A stretch of DNA of 42,796 nt, taken from NCBI GenBank assembly GCA_044451425.1, contig JBIOKC010000001.1, positions 1 through 42,796 on the forward strand, in the 5' to 3' direction. The notes under the pieces were generated by a model, which was not told the DNA's origin, searched no databases, and was given only the letters and a program-made list of their open reading frames with translations. A program made the position numbers and the translations under genes. Positions within the stretch are counted from its first letter, which is position 1; every line of letters begins with the position of its first letter. This DNA comes from Thermodesulfobacteriota bacterium. GTDB taxonomy: Bacteria > Desulfobacterota_D > UBA1144 > Nemesobacterales > UBA2774. Positions 9,019-19,297 of the stretch are shown here, in pieces.

Positions 9019-10713
9019 ATGAAGAAGCACTGGTCGATTAGAAAAGAAAATCAGAAGCTGCGCGAGAAGCTTTCAAAAACCCTTCGAATATCTCCGATTA
9101 CGGCCCAGATACTCATAAACAGGGGAATAGCGAATGAAGCCGAAGCCAACCTCTTTCTCAACAGTACGCTTTTCGATCTCCCCTCGCCATACCTCATGAA
9201 AGGAATGGATAAAGCGGTCGAGAGAATCAAAAGGGCTATATTCAACAAGGAAAAAATCGCTATCTACGGGGATTACGACGTGGACGGGGTCACATCCACC
9301 GCACTCTTTTATACATTCCTTAAGAACCTCGGAGCAGACGTAATCTTCTACAACCCCGACAGGATAAAAGAAGGTTACGGAGTGAATATCAAGGCCGTAA
9401 GAAAACTGGCGGGTGAGGGAGTAAAGCTTTTTATATCGGGGGATTGCGGTATTACGGCTGTAAGGGAAGTCGAGGAGGCAAAGGCTCTGGGGGCAGATTT
9501 TATTGTTACGGACCACCACAAACCCCCGAATGAGCTCCCTGAGGCAGTGTCGATACTAAACCCTCAGCTGCCTGACTGTAAGTATCCCGGAAAGGCGATA
9601 ACGGGCGTGGGAGTTATGTTCAACCTCGCTGTCGCACTCAGGCGCGCGCTCAGGGAAGAAGGGTTCTTCAAAAAAAAAGAGCCCAATCTCGGCGATTATC
9701 TCGATCTCGTAGCTCTCGGGACCGTCGCCGATTGCGCCCCGCTCATGGACGTCAACCGCATATTCGTTAAAGAAGGCATGAAGAGGATGGAAAATCCGAG
9801 AAGAATAGGAATTATGGCGCTCAAGGAAGCGAGCAGTATGGAAGGGGTCGTCAACTCCTATGACTTGGGATTCATACTCGGCCCCAGAATAAACGCTTCG
9901 GGAAGATTGGGCAGCGCGGGAAAGGCAGTAGAGCTCTTCATATCGGAGGACATCCAGACGGCGAGGGATATAGCCAAAATGCTCAGCAGGGAGAATTCGA
10001 ATAGGCAGAGCATCGAGGGGGAGATCTTCACGAATGCAATCATACGGATCGAATCCGATCCCGAGATTCCGAACGCAAACTCCATAGTTCTCGCATCCCC
10101 AAACTGGCACCCGGGAATAATCGGGATCGTGGCATCTAGGATCGTAGAGAGATATGAGAAACCTACAATCCTCATCGCTATAGATAATAACGGCATAGGA
10201 AAGGGCTCCGGGAGGAGTGTCGAGGGAATAAACATTTACAGCGCTCTCTCCGAATGCCGGGATCTTTTCGTACAGTTCGGCGGACACGAGATGGCGGCTG
10301 GACTGTCCATCAAGGAAGACAAAATAGAAGATTTCAAAAAGATGTTCGAAAAAGCTGTCGCCGATTCAGGTCACGCTTACGAGCCCAGGTTGAATATCGA
10401 CTGCACGGTGGAATTCGCCGAGCTCACGGACGATCTCGTCTCGGAGTTCGGCCTTCTCGAGCCGTTCGGCATAGGGAACCCCGAACCTCTATTAATCGCT
10501 CAATCCGTCGAGGTAGTATCGCAGCGCCTCTTCAAAGACAAGCACCTGGGGCTTACACTGAAACAAGGGAATAAATCCCTGGACGCTATATGGTTTAATG
10601 TGAATGATGCCCCTCAGCTGCCCGATAAAATAAATATCGTATTCACACCGGAATTCAATAAATGGAACGGCAGAAAGGATATAAGACTTAAAGTGCGGGA
10701 CGGAAGCTGGTAA
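9019..10713 (+). CDS. recJ: Single-stranded-DNA-specific exonuclease RecJ
   Basis: DHH-family motifs YGDYDVDG, SGDCG and VTDHHKP, plus the DHHA1 motif FGGHEMAAG. I chose the ATG at 9019 (MKKHWSI); the ORF is open from a GTG at 8956. Confidence 0.9.
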   Translation: MKKHWSIRKENQKLREKLSKTLRISPITAQILINRGIANEAEANLFLNSTLFDLPSPYLMKGMDKAVERIKRAIFNKEKIAIYGDYDVDGVTSTALFYTFLKNLGADVIFYNPDRIKEGYGVNIKAVRKLAGEGVKLFISGDCGITAVREVEEAKALGADFIVTDHHKPPNELPEAVSILNPQLPDCKYPGKAITGVGVMFNLAVALRRALREEGFFKKKEPNLGDYLDLVALGTVADCAPLMDVNRIFVKEGMKRMENPRRIGIMALKEASSMEGVVNSYDLGFILGPRINASGRLGSAGKAVELFISEDIQTARDIAKMLSRENSNRQSIEGEIFTNAIIRIESDPEIPNANSIVLASPNWHPGIIGIVASRIVERYEKPTILIAIDNNGIGKGSGRSVEGINIYSALSECRDLFVQFGGHEMAAGLSIKEDKIEDFKKMFEKAVADSGHAYEPRLNIDCTVEFAELTDDLVSEFGLLEPFGIGNPEPLLIAQSVEVVSQRLFKDKHLGLTLKQGNKSLDAIWFNVNDAPQLPDKINIVFTPEFNKWNGRKDIRLKVRDGSW

Positions 10714-10782
10714 CCTTGCAGAACTAATGTTGAATCGCGACCAGGGTCGTTTCACGACATTCCAATAGGCGACCTGCCGAGA

Positions 10783-13686
10783 TTATTCTTCGTATGATTT
10801 TATATCCGGGCATGTGCAGACAAGGTTTCTGTCGCCGTAGGGGTTGTTAATCCTCCCGACAGGCGGCCAGAACTTATTCTCCTCAACGTATGGAAGCGGA
10901 TAGACGGCCTTTCTTCTGGTATAGGGATGGCCCCAGTTATCCCCCGTAGCTTCCCGCGCTGTATGAGGAGCGTTCTTAAGCACGTTGTCCTCTTTGTCGG
11001 CGGCTCCTTCCGCAATTTCCTTCACTTCCTCATTTATTGCAATCAGCGCGTCGCAGAAATGGTCGAGCTCATCTTTGGCTTCACTCTCCGTGGGCTCGAT
11101 CATCATCGTTCCCGCAACGGGCCATGAGATTGTGGGCGCATGATAGCCGTAATCCATGAGCCTCTTGGCGACGTCTTCGACGTCGATTCCGGCGTCCCTC
11201 TTGAACCGCCTCATGTCGAGTATGAATTCGTGAGCCACCCTCCCGAGAGAACCCGTATATAGGACGTCGTAGATTTTCTCGAGCCTCGATTTTATGTAAT
11301 TGGCGTTCAGTATAGCGAACTTCGTCGCGTCCGTGACACCGCTGCGGCCGAGCATCCTAATATAGGCATACGAAACGAGTAATATGCTCGCGCTCCCCCA
11401 GGGGGCCGACGCTACGGCGGATATGGACTTGCTTCCTCCGGATTTCACGATGGAATGACCGGGAAGGTAGGGCGCGAGGTGCTCACGGACACATATCGGC
11501 CCCATTCCAGGGCCGCCGCCGCCGTGCGGGATGCTGAATGTCTTGTGCAGATTGAGGTGGCAGATATCCGCGCCGATAACTGAAGGACTGGTGAGGCCGA
11601 CCTGGGCGTTCATATTAGCCCCGTCCATATACACCTGGCCTCCGTTTTCGTGAACTATGGAGCATATCTCTTTTATCCCTTCCTCGAAAACCCCGTGAGT
11701 CGATGGGTACGTGACCATCAGCACCGCAAGCTCGTCCCTGTGCTCCTCCGCCTTTTTCCTCAGTGAAGCCGGATCGATATTCCCACTGTCGCCGCAATCG
11801 ACGACTACAACCCTCATGCCGGCCATTGCGGCGCTGGCTGGGTTCGTGCCGTGAGCGGAGGACGGTATCAGGGCCACATTCCTCCCTGTCTCCCCATGGT
11901 CCGTGCAATAGGCCCTTATGACCATGAGCCCCGTATATTCGCCCTGCGCGCCTGAATTGGGCTGAAGGGAAACCGCGGGAAGCCCAGTGATCGCCGACAA
12001 ATAACGCTCGAGCTCCCTGATTATCTGTAGATATCCGCGGGCCTGCCTGGTCGGTACGAACGGGTGTAACCCGGAGAACGACGGCCAGGTTACGGGAAAC
12101 ATCTCCGCGGTCGCATTCAGCTTCATCGTGCAGGAGCCGAGAGGTATCATGGACGTGGTGAGCGAAAGGTCTTTAGCTTCGAGCTTCTTTATATAGCGGA
12201 GCATTTTGGTTTCAGAATGATATCGGTTGAAAACGGGGTGTGTGAGGAAAGCGCTATTACGCTCGAGCCCGGGCGCGTATCCCGAATCAATATCACCCGG
12301 ATGTATCTTCGCGATCTCGGCTTTAGACCTAATTCCGAGTGAGCGTAAAAAAACCTTGATTATATTCCCGATCTCTTCAACCCCTGTCGTCTCGTCAAGC
12401 GATATGCCTATATGACGGCTGTCGATGTAATTGAAATTCATCCGGGACTTTTCAGCATTCAGTCGTATTTTCTTTGTTAATTCTCCCGTATCGTCACCGA
12501 GGTCTATTTTCAAAGTATCGAAGTAATGCTTGTTCTTCTGGACAAGGCCCGATTTCAAGAGCTCTCTTTCGAGAATACGAGCCGAATTATGGATTCTACA
12601 GGCTATAGCCCTTAACCCTTCCGGGCCGTGATAAACCGCATACATCGAAGCCATAATTGCCAGGAGCGCCTGCGCCGTGCAGATGTTGGAAGTTGCCTTT
12701 TCCCTTCTGATATGCTGCTCGCGCGTCTGAAGGGCCATCCTGCAGGCGGTGTTTCCGTGAGAATCCATCGAGACCCCAATAATTCTTCCCGGGATCTGGC
12801 GCGCGAATTTTTCGCGCGTAGCGAAATATGCGGCGTGCGGTCCGCCGAACCCGAGGGGCACGCCGAACCTCTGCGTCGATCCTACTGCCACGTCCGCACC
12901 GAACTCGCCGGGCGGCGTAAGAAGCGTAAGTGCCAGCAAGTCGGAAGCGACCTCAACGAGTACGCCTCGCTCATGAGCCCTGTTTATGAAATCGGAGTAG
13001 TCGAAAACAGATCCTTCGGAATCCGGGTATTGAACGAGAGCTCCGAAAACATCTCCGCCGAACTCGAACCGTGTGTGATCTCCCACGACGAGCCTTATCC
13101 CCAGGGGCTCGGCGCGAGTCCTTAGTACGTCGATTGTCTGAGGGAAGCATTTATCGGAAACGAAGAACACACCCTCACTCAAAGCGCCTGTCTTGTTCTC
13201 GCTTACCCGCCTTAGCATCGTCATAGCCTCAGCCGCGGCGGTGCCTTCGTCGAGGAGGGACGCGTTAGCGATATCCATGCCCGTGAGGTCGACGACCATG
13301 GTTTGGAAGTTGAGCAGCGCTTCCAGACGGCCCTGCGATATCTCCGCCTGATAGGGGGTGTATTGTGTATACCAGCCCGGATTCTCGAGAACGTTCCTCT
13401 GTATTACACTGGGAGTTATACAGTCATAGTAACCGAGTCCTATATAAGACTTGAACACACGGTTTTTATCCGCGACCTTTTTTAGTTCCGTAAGCAGCCT
13501 GAACTCGCTTATACCCTTGGGGAGCTTCAATCGCTTTTTCAGTCTGATGGAAGAAGGGACCGTCTCTTTAACAAGTTCATCCAGAGAACCGACTCCAACT
13601 ACATCGAGCATGGCATCCAGCTCCACCCGGTCGGGACCTATATGTCTTTCGGCAAATGTATGGTATTCGTCCTCAGAAGTTTTCAT
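10783..13686 (-). CDS. gcvP: Glycine dehydrogenase (decarboxylating), single-chain P protein
   Basis: 967 aa with the PLP-lysine region [21 protein letters not shown]. It has a full-length fused alpha+beta architecture and lies downstream of gcvT-gcvH. Confidence 0.95.
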   Translation of the reverse strand: MKTSEDEYHTFAERHIGPDRVELDAMLDVVGVGSLDELVKETVPSSIRLKKRLKLPKGISEFRLLTELKKVADKNRVFKSYIGLGYYDCITPSVIQRNVLENPGWYTQYTPYQAEISQGRLEALLNFQTMVVDLTGMDIANASLLDEGTAAAEAMTMLRRVSENKTGALSEGVFFVSDKCFPQTIDVLRTRAEPLGIRLVVGDHTRFEFGGDVFGALVQYPDSEGSVFDYSDFINRAHERGVLVEVASDLLALTLLTPPGEFGADVAVGSTQRFGVPLGFGGPHAAYFATREKFARQIPGRIIGVSMDSHGNTACRMALQTREQHIRREKATSNICTAQALLAIMASMYAVYHGPEGLRAIACRIHNSARILERELLKSGLVQKNKHYFDTLKIDLGDDTGELTKKIRLNAEKSRMNFNYIDSRHIGISLDETTGVEEIGNIIKVFLRSLGIRSKAEIAKIHPGDIDSGYAPGLERNSAFLTHPVFNRYHSETKMLRYIKKLEAKDLSLTTSMIPLGSCTMKLNATAEMFPVTWPSFSGLHPFVPTRQARGYLQIIRELERYLSAITGLPAVSLQPNSGAQGEYTGLMVIRAYCTDHGETGRNVALIPSSAHGTNPASAAMAGMRVVVVDCGDSGNIDPASLRKKAEEHRDELAVLMVTYPSTHGVFEEGIKEICSIVHENGGQVYMDGANMNAQVGLTSPSVIGADICHLNLHKTFSIPHGGGGPGMGPICVREHLAPYLPGHSIVKSGGSKSISAVASAPWGSASILLVSYAYIRMLGRSGVTDATKFAILNANYIKSRLEKIYDVLYTGSLGRVAHEFILDMRRFKRDAGIDVEDVAKRLMDYGYHAPTISWPVAGTMMIEPTESEAKDELDHFCDALIAINEEVKEIAEGAADKEDNVLKNAPHTAREATGDNWGHPYTRRKAVYPLPYVEENKFWPPVGRINNPYGDRNLVCTCPDIKSYEE

Positions 13687-13805
13687 AGGTGTAATGAATT
13701 TAAGGAAATATATTATTTAACTACCGGAGGATTGTTCGTTCGATTGAATAGTTTCGAGCTGAAATGTCAAAGCGAAGCCCGGAAAAACTCTATATCTCAA
13801 TCCTA

Positions 13806-14198
13806 CTATTCCATTTCTTTCTCTACATATTCCGTATAATCTTCGAAGTCCATTAGGCCTTTGAACTCACCCGGGTCGTAAGGCTTAACCTTAATCATCC
13901 AGCCCTCACCGTAGGGGTCGCTGTTGATGGTTTCGGGCGCGTCCAGAAGAACCTCGTTGACTTCCACGACGTCGCCGCTCACGGGGGCATAAAGATCGGA
14001 AACGGCCTTGGTCGATTCCACAGCGCCGAAGGGATCGCCTTTCGTAATCTCATCCCCTTCACTGGGAAGCTCGATATATACAATTTCACCGAGAGCATCC
14101 TGCGCGTAGTCCGTGATCCCTATTATGATCAAACCACCCTCTTCACTTGCCCATTCGTGGTCAGATGTATATTTAAGTTCATCAGGAATTTGCACCAT
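13806..14198 (-). CDS. gcvH: Glycine cleavage system H protein
   Basis: 130 aa with the lipoyl-lysine motif VESTKAVSDLYAPVSG, preceded by YTSDHEW. Confidence 0.95.
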   Translation of the reverse strand: MVQIPDELKYTSDHEWASEEGGLIIIGITDYAQDALGEIVYIELPSEGDEITKGDPFGAVESTKAVSDLYAPVSGDVVEVNEVLLDAPETINSDPYGEGWMIKVKPYDPGEFKGLMDFEDYTEYVEKEME

Positions 14199-14210
14199 TG
14201 TCAGATCTCC

Positions 14211-15299
14211 TCAATTAACTTCCATTTTATAAAAGGGCATATCGACTACCCGAGCCTCTCTGTATGTGTTTCTAATCCCGACTTGTATTCTATCGCCGAT
14301 ATTGACTTCACCTGTCAGATACGCCATCCCTATCGATTTTTCAAGACTCGGGGACAAAGTCCCGCTTGTAACTTTACCGAGTAACTCGCCGTCTATATAT
14401 ACTCCGTAACCCTCTCTGGGGATGCCTCGATCGATCATTTCAACCCCGCAAATCCGGTGTTTGATGCCTTCCGCAAGAGCTTTTTCTAACGCCGCTTTGC
14501 CTATAAAGCCGCCTGCATTCATCTTAACGTATCTTCCGAGACCGGCTTCAAAGGGGTTTATATCTTCATTAATCTCGTGACCGTAAAGCGAATACCCCAT
14601 TTCAATCCTTAGTGTATCACGCGCTCCGAGCCCGCACGGCTCGATTCCGAAAGGCTCTCCAGTCTCCATTAATTTCTCCCAGAGCTCAGGACCTTTGTCC
14701 CAGGGTAAAAATATTTCGAAACCGTCTTCCCCCGTATAACCCGTTCGCGCAATCAGCAGCTCGGTCCCGTTCCAAGCCGTCTTTTGGAAACGAAATCTCA
14801 TCAAAGGCCTCAAATCGACTCCCACACAAGCGGATAAAATATCCTCTGACCGGGGACCCTGTAAAGCGATCTGTGAAAACTCATAACTCCTGTTCTTTAT
14901 CTCGACATCGAAGTCGTCCCTTGCCCCGATGATCCACTCATAATCCTTCTCCGTATTCGAAGCATTTACACAGAAGAGATAATTCTCTTCCGTGAGCCTG
15001 TATAGAATCACGTCGTCCACTACTCCGCCCAAATGATTACAATAGAGTGTGTACTGGGCCTGAAAATCCCCGATATCGTAAACGTCGTTTGTTGTGATAC
15101 TCTGGCAGAACTCACCCGCATCATTTCCTCGTATCTCTATCTCTCCCATATGACTGACATCGAAAATGCCCGCATCCCTTCTGACTGCAAGATGCTCTTC
15201 CCTTACACCACGGTACTGGACCGGCATCTCCCATCCGGCAAACTCTACTATCCTCGCTCCCAGCCTTTTATGAATGGGATACACAGCCGTTCTCTTCAT
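14211..15299 (-). CDS. gcvT: Aminomethyltransferase (glycine cleavage T protein)
   Basis: [29 protein letters not shown] is a typical GcvT N-terminus, and [14 protein letters not shown] is present. I chose the ATG at 15299; the ORF is open to 15320. Confidence 0.93.
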   Translation of the reverse strand: MKRTAVYPIHKRLGARIVEFAGWEMPVQYRGVREEHLAVRRDAGIFDVSHMGEIEIRGNDAGEFCQSITTNDVYDIGDFQAQYTLYCNHLGGVVDDVILYRLTEENYLFCVNASNTEKDYEWIIGARDDFDVEIKNRSYEFSQIALQGPRSEDILSACVGVDLRPLMRFRFQKTAWNGTELLIARTGYTGEDGFEIFLPWDKGPELWEKLMETGEPFGIEPCGLGARDTLRIEMGYSLYGHEINEDINPFEAGLGRYVKMNAGGFIGKAALEKALAEGIKHRICGVEMIDRGIPREGYGVYIDGELLGKVTSGTLSPSLEKSIGMAYLTGEVNIGDRIQVGIRNTYREARVVDMPFYKMEVN

Positions 15300-15390
15300 C
15301 GCACACTTATTGTTTAACAACTCATTTCGGTATTGTCAATAATCAAGAGAAGTAAATATTCGGGATAGCCCGTTTAATTACAGAAATTCA

Positions 15391-15414
15391 GGAAACATAA
15401 AGGGAAACATAAAG
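15391..15414. repeat. Perfect tandem duplication of a 12-mer (GGAAACATAAAG x2) upstream of gcvT
   Basis: Read directly: ggaaacataaag at 15391-15402 and again at 15403-15414, about 90-115 nt upstream of the gcvT start. Confidence 0.8.
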
Positions 15415-15521
15415 AAGGTAAAATGGGACGAAATATTAAACAGTATCGGAAGAGTCGAAGAAATAAAATGCCCATAAATCGCAATAAATTGAAGAATTTC
15501 GGGTTTATCGCGGACCTGTAG

Positions 15522-16190
15522 TCATTCCATATTGAGTGTAGTAACGATGTCCCGATACCTGAGCGGTGCGAGATCAAGCCCATTTGTATAATTCTTGACA
15601 CCGCTATCATCGACCCATACGTATATGGTTTGCTCCACGGCCGGAGAAGGGCTGTAGTTATCCGGAGCGTATCCAGGGAGTACATCCGTATATGCATATA
15701 CGGCACCGGAATACTCCTTCGGGTAATAGCCCCGTGACGGTGAATCCCGAAAGAACTGATTCACCTCAATATTGCTCGGCCTTTCAAGAGTGGTGCCCAT
15801 TGTCGTTCCGTAACCAAGCGGATAGTCGGGGTCTCGATAGGTGGAATAGTTAGTATAAGGCGCATAGCCGTAATAACCGAGATAATACAGCGGAGCGTAG
15901 AGGGGATTAAATTTATGCTTGCACATGTGGTGATTGTTACTATTACGGAAAAGATTACGTCTTGTGGGGCTATTGTCGGGGTTGTTATTGAAATCCCGTA
16001 TTTGACCGAAATTAGTGTTGATGTTTTTTCCGGAATTATCGAACTGTGCCCGACCTCTCGTTATCTGCCCAGACTGTCCCGCCTTTTGTCCGAGATTTGG
16101 TTCAGCCGGATACGCCGCGTGAGGGAATATCAACAAGACCGATATTATAAGTAGTGAACATGCAAACCGTTTTGTCGTTACCTCACCCAT
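15522..16190 (-). CDS. Secreted Tyr/Asn/Pro-rich hypothetical protein with a DUF4124-like C-terminus
   Basis: 222 aa with the signal peptide FACSLLIISVLLIFPHAAYPA. There is a low-complexity N/Q/G-rich segment and then a Tyr-rich segment (PLYAPLYYLGYYGYAPYTNYSTY). The C-terminal IYVWVDDSGVKNYTNG resembles the WVD..G..HY core of DUF4124. Confidence 0.6.
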   Translation of the reverse strand: MGEVTTKRFACSLLIISVLLIFPHAAYPAEPNLGQKAGQSGQITRGRAQFDNSGKNINTNFGQIRDFNNNPDNSPTRRNLFRNSNNHHMCKHKFNPLYAPLYYLGYYGYAPYTNYSTYRDPDYPLGYGTTMGTTLERPSNIEVNQFFRDSPSRGYYPKEYSGAVYAYTDVLPGYAPDNYSPSPAVEQTIYVWVDDSGVKNYTNGLDLAPLRYRDIVTTLNME

Positions 16191-16262
16191 TATATCTCCA
16201 TATACAATATATAGTAATATAGTAACGCAGATTTCATTAATAAGTGAGTAGGTTAATTCAGC

Positions 16263-17783
16263 TCATTCAACTTCATCAAGGAAACTTCGGCTTTTGAAAA
16301 ACTGAGCCACTGCCGGCTTCGTGACCTTACCCATCTCGTTACGCGGGAGCTCTTTGACGCATAAAGTCCTCGACGGAATCTTATAGGGGGCGAGCCTCTC
16401 CCTGCACCATTCCCTGAGCGTTTCGAGACTTAACTCTTTGTCATCGGTCATGACCAGAGCAGCACACACTCTTTCTCCCCACTCTTCATCCTCCGCGCCC
16501 ACGACCGCGCACTCCTCTATGTCGGGGTGTTCTCGCAGGACCTCTTCTACCTCGAGCGCCGGAATTTTGTATCCGCCGCTTTTGATAATATCCACCGTAC
16601 TTCTGCCGAGTATGCGATAATTCCCTTCTCCGTTCCGCTCGGCTATGTCGCCCGTTTTAAACCATTCCACCTCGATGAATGCCTGCCGTGTGGCTTCATG
16701 TTTCTTCCAATATTCGAGAAAAACGTTTTTTCCCCTCACTGTAATCTCACCTGTACCCTCCCCCGTAACTACCCTCCCGCTCTCGCCTATTAATCCGACA
16801 TCCACGCCCGGCAAGGGCTTGCCCACGCGCCCTGGAGCTCTTTCACCTTTGAGGGGGTTGGAAAGCGCCATACCGACCTCCGTCATCCCGTACCTTTCAA
16901 GAAGCACGTGTCCGCTAATCTCCCTCCATCTCTCAAGTGTGCCGACCGGCAATGCCGCAGAGCCCGAAACCATAAGACGCATATTCCGGCATGCCCGGCT
17001 CGTTATTTCCTTTCGCCCGCTTTCGAATTCATCCCACGATCGAATGAGCCTCGAATATATAGTCGGTACGGCCATAAAGAGCGTGTAGTCGTTTTCCGCG
17101 AACTTATCCCACACCCGCCGGGCTTGAAAGCCCTGCATAAGCTCGCACCGTGCGCCCGACCACAGTGCGCACAGGAGCGCGTTCAGGATACCGTGGAGGT
17201 GGTGGAGAGGGAGCACGTTGAGGATGAAATCATTTTCTGACCACTCCCAGGCTTTTACGAGTGATGTGATCTGGGCTTTGATGTTGGAGTGCGTGGAGAC
17301 GACTCCTTTGGGCCTGCTCGTCGTCCCGCTCGTGTAAATTATCATCGCCCTTCGCTCCTCGCTCACCGGAGGCTCATCACCTCGATGAGAATAAAGAGCG
17401 TCTTCGGTTGTAAAGAATCTCGCGTTTCTCCGGCGGGCATGGTTCCCGAGCCTGTTTCCGAATTCGGGCGAAGCAACAACGACTTCGGCGCCGCTGTCAT
17501 CGAGCACATAAGCAAGCTCGGGGTCGGGATGAGTGACGCACATCGGGACTGCTACGCCACCTGCGCGCCATATTCCGAGCATAATCACCACGTACTCGAA
17601 ACCGGAAGGAATTAAAAACGCGACTCTCTTCTCTCCCAGATCTTTCTCTCCGCAGAGAAGATTAGACGCGACCGTTTGAGAGGATTTCGCCAAAAACTCA
17701 TATGTGTAAGACCCTTCATTATCGATTATCGCGATTTTATCCGCGTATTCGGATATATTTTTAATCAGCTCTATTCGACTCAT
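16263..17783 (-). CDS. AMP-forming acyl-CoA synthetase (ANL superfamily, medium/long-chain or malonyl-CoA-synthetase-like)
   Basis: 506 aa with ANL motifs IIYTSGTTSRPKGV, ERYGMTE, WFKTGDIAERNGEGNYRILGR and GGYKI, and a C-terminal catalytic-Lys region (NEMGKVTK). Substrate cannot be assigned. Confidence 0.85.
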   Translation of the reverse strand: MSRIELIKNISEYADKIAIIDNEGSYTYEFLAKSSQTVASNLLCGEKDLGEKRVAFLIPSGFEYVVIMLGIWRAGGVAVPMCVTHPDPELAYVLDDSGAEVVVASPEFGNRLGNHARRRNARFFTTEDALYSHRGDEPPVSEERRAMIIYTSGTTSRPKGVVSTHSNIKAQITSLVKAWEWSENDFILNVLPLHHLHGILNALLCALWSGARCELMQGFQARRVWDKFAENDYTLFMAVPTIYSRLIRSWDEFESGRKEITSRACRNMRLMVSGSAALPVGTLERWREISGHVLLERYGMTEVGMALSNPLKGERAPGRVGKPLPGVDVGLIGESGRVVTGEGTGEITVRGKNVFLEYWKKHEATRQAFIEVEWFKTGDIAERNGEGNYRILGRSTVDIIKSGGYKIPALEVEEVLREHPDIEECAVVGAEDEEWGERVCAALVMTDDKELSLETLREWCRERLAPYKIPSRTLCVKELPRNEMGKVTKPAVAQFFKSRSFLDEVE

Positions 17784-17908
17784 AGAAACGACCTTATAGA
17801 GGTACCTTTCAGTATTTTGCCATTGGCCCCACGAGTCCTATTATAATTTGGAGCAATTATTTGGTAAAATTAGCTCATAGTAAGCCGGGCTTACTCCATT
17901 CAAGAAAA

Positions 17909-18281
17909 ATGGACTCAATAAAGATACTGGAAATAGCGGAGCTCGGGAACGTCGTACTCAGGGAGAAGGCGTCGGATGTCGAGGACATACGCGACCCCGA
18001 GATCCAGAGCTTCATAGATGACCTTATAGCGACCGGTATCAACGCGAACGGCGTCGGAATCGCTGCTCCGCAAGTTTCCTTACCGAAACGCATTTTCATA
18101 CTTTCGTCCCGCCCGAATATCCGATATCCGAAGGCGCCCGAAATGGAGCCGACAGCCGTCATCAATCCCGAAATAATTTCATACTCGGACGAGACGGTAA
18201 AGGACTGGGAGGGCTGCCTCAGCATTCCCGGAATAAGGGGACTTGTCCCCCGCCACAAATCCGTAAATGTCAAGTACCTTT
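17909..18281 (+). pseudogene. def: Peptide deformylase, 5' fragment (interrupted by an IS)
   Basis: MDSIKILEIAELGN... carries Def motif 1 (GVGIAAPQ) and motif 2 (EGCLSIPG). The reading frame runs into the IS and stops at a TAA (18284-18286) inside the left IS end. Confidence 0.9.
18278..18281. repeat. Target-site duplication, left copy (CTTT)
   Basis: CTTT lies immediately outside the left IS end, and an identical CTTT lies at 19294-19297 immediately outside the right end. Confidence 0.55.
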
Positions 18282-18309
18282 GGTAATGTGCACACTGTTT
18301 TGGCGGTTT
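18282..18309. repeat. IS left terminal inverted repeat
   Basis: GGTAATGTGCACACTGTTTTGGCGGTTT matches the rc of the right end, TGTTTTATGCACAGAGATTTGGCGGATT, at 20 of 28 positions. The shared cores are TGCACA and TTTGGCGG. Confidence 0.7.
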
Positions 18310-18329
18310 CTCCTAGCTAGAATGGAGGG

Positions 18330-19289
18330 ATGGCGATACATATGGCAAAAACAATCAAGGAAGAGAGGTTAAGATGGATACTCCCCATCATCAAAAAGGA
18401 GCTCCAACTGGTCGATATCGCTAAAGTCTGTCCACACAGCAAACGAAGCTTGGAGAGGTGGGTAGGTGCATACAAGGGGAGTGGAGAAGCTGCTCTGGAG
18501 CCCAAATCAACAGAACCCAAGACTCAACCAGACGAGACTCCGATCTGGATCAAGGAAAGAGTGATTGAGGTCAGGAAGAAAACCATGAAATGCGCTTTAA
18601 AGATACACTGGCAGTTGGAGAAGGAAGGGATATTGATACATCCAAGAACCATCGGAAAGATTTTGAAAAAGGAAGGGTTGGTTCGGAAGTATCGAGTCAA
18701 GAGAATTAAATACAAATACATCAAGGCAGAGAGAAAACCCGGTGAGCTGGTGGAGATTGACATCAAATATGTGCCGGGAACCATTGAAGGCAAAGAATAT
18801 TTTCAATACACAGCCATTGATGCCGCTTCCAGGTGGAGGCATTTGGAAGTGTTTGAGGAACAATCGAGCTACCACTCAATCAAGTTCCCGAAGATTGTCA
18901 TGGAAAGATTTAGATACAGAATACAGACCATCAAAACCGACAACCACTCCACTTTCACCAACCTCTATACTGGCACCAATAAAAGAAGCGATATGACGGT
19001 CAAAACCCTCCACTCTTTGGATGTATTCTGTGCAAAACATAACATCATCCACTATCTCATTGACAGAGGGAAGCCATATCAAAATGGCACGGTGGAGAGA
19101 AGTCACAGAGAAGATGAAGAAAAGTTCTATCAACAGAACAGATTCAAAGACCTGAATGACTTGCAAACGAAGCTCAAATCATGGAATGATTATTACAAGA
19201 ATCTGGAACATTGCGGATTAAACGGCAAAAGTCCGAACGAATTTCTGCAGAACTATCAGTTAACTAATCCGCCAAATCTCTGTGCATAA
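18330..19289 (+). CDS. DDE transposase (IS481-like, HTH + rve integrase core)
   Basis: 319 aa with an N-terminal HTH region (LVDIAKVCPHSKRSLERWV). The catalytic triad candidates are D in LVEIDIKYV, D in IKTDNHSTF and E in QNGTVERSHRE, which is the typical rve spacing. Confidence 0.9.
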   Translation: MAIHMAKTIKEERLRWILPIIKKELQLVDIAKVCPHSKRSLERWVGAYKGSGEAALEPKSTEPKTQPDETPIWIKERVIEVRKKTMKCALKIHWQLEKEGILIHPRTIGKILKKEGLVRKYRVKRIKYKYIKAERKPGELVEIDIKYVPGTIEGKEYFQYTAIDAASRWRHLEVFEEQSSYHSIKFPKIVMERFRYRIQTIKTDNHSTFTNLYTGTNKRSDMTVKTLHSLDVFCAKHNIIHYLIDRGKPYQNGTVERSHREDEEKFYQQNRFKDLNDLQTKLKSWNDYYKNLEHCGLNGKSPNEFLQNYQLTNPPNLCA

Positions 19290-19293
19290 AACA
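19266..19293. repeat. IS right terminal inverted repeat
   Basis: The plus strand reads aatccgccaaatctctgtgcataaaaca. It contains the transposase stop TAA (19287-19289). Confidence 0.7.
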
Positions 19294-19297
19294 CTTT
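19294..19297. repeat. Target-site duplication, right copy (CTTT)
   Basis: See the left copy at 18278-18281. Confidence 0.55.

Larger units (their letters stand above)
18282..19293 (+). mobile_element. IS481-family-like insertion sequence (1012 bp) inserted in def
   Basis: It has a single 319-aa HTH+DDE transposase ORF whose stop codon lies inside the right inverted repeat. The terminal IRs are 28 bp and imperfect (20/28 matches). CTTT direct repeats flank it. Deleting 18282-19297 restores the def frame. The ends could alternatively be read as TGT... at 18287 and ...A at 19288. Confidence 0.85.

Noticed and set aside
9556-10287. Long antisense ORFs inside well-supported genes. Examples: 243 aa at 9556-10287 opposite recJ, 197 aa at 2593-3186 opposite ftsI, 209 aa at 24127-24756 opposite the glycerate kinase, 181 aa at 25234-25779 opposite cdaA, 165 aa at 12628-13125 opposite gcvP, and 164 aa at 37200-37694 opposite the sigma gene.
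   Set aside because: They are shadow ORFs. Their compositions are skewed (R/S/P-rich or low-complexity), they contain no recognisable motifs, and each lies entirely within a gene with strong family signatures on the other strand.
15374-15706. A 110-aa minus-strand ORF that spans the gcvT upstream region and the 3' end of the secreted-protein gene.
   Set aside because: It overlaps the better-supported 15522-16190 gene in another frame. It has an odd composition and no RBS, and it runs through an AT-rich promoter-like region.
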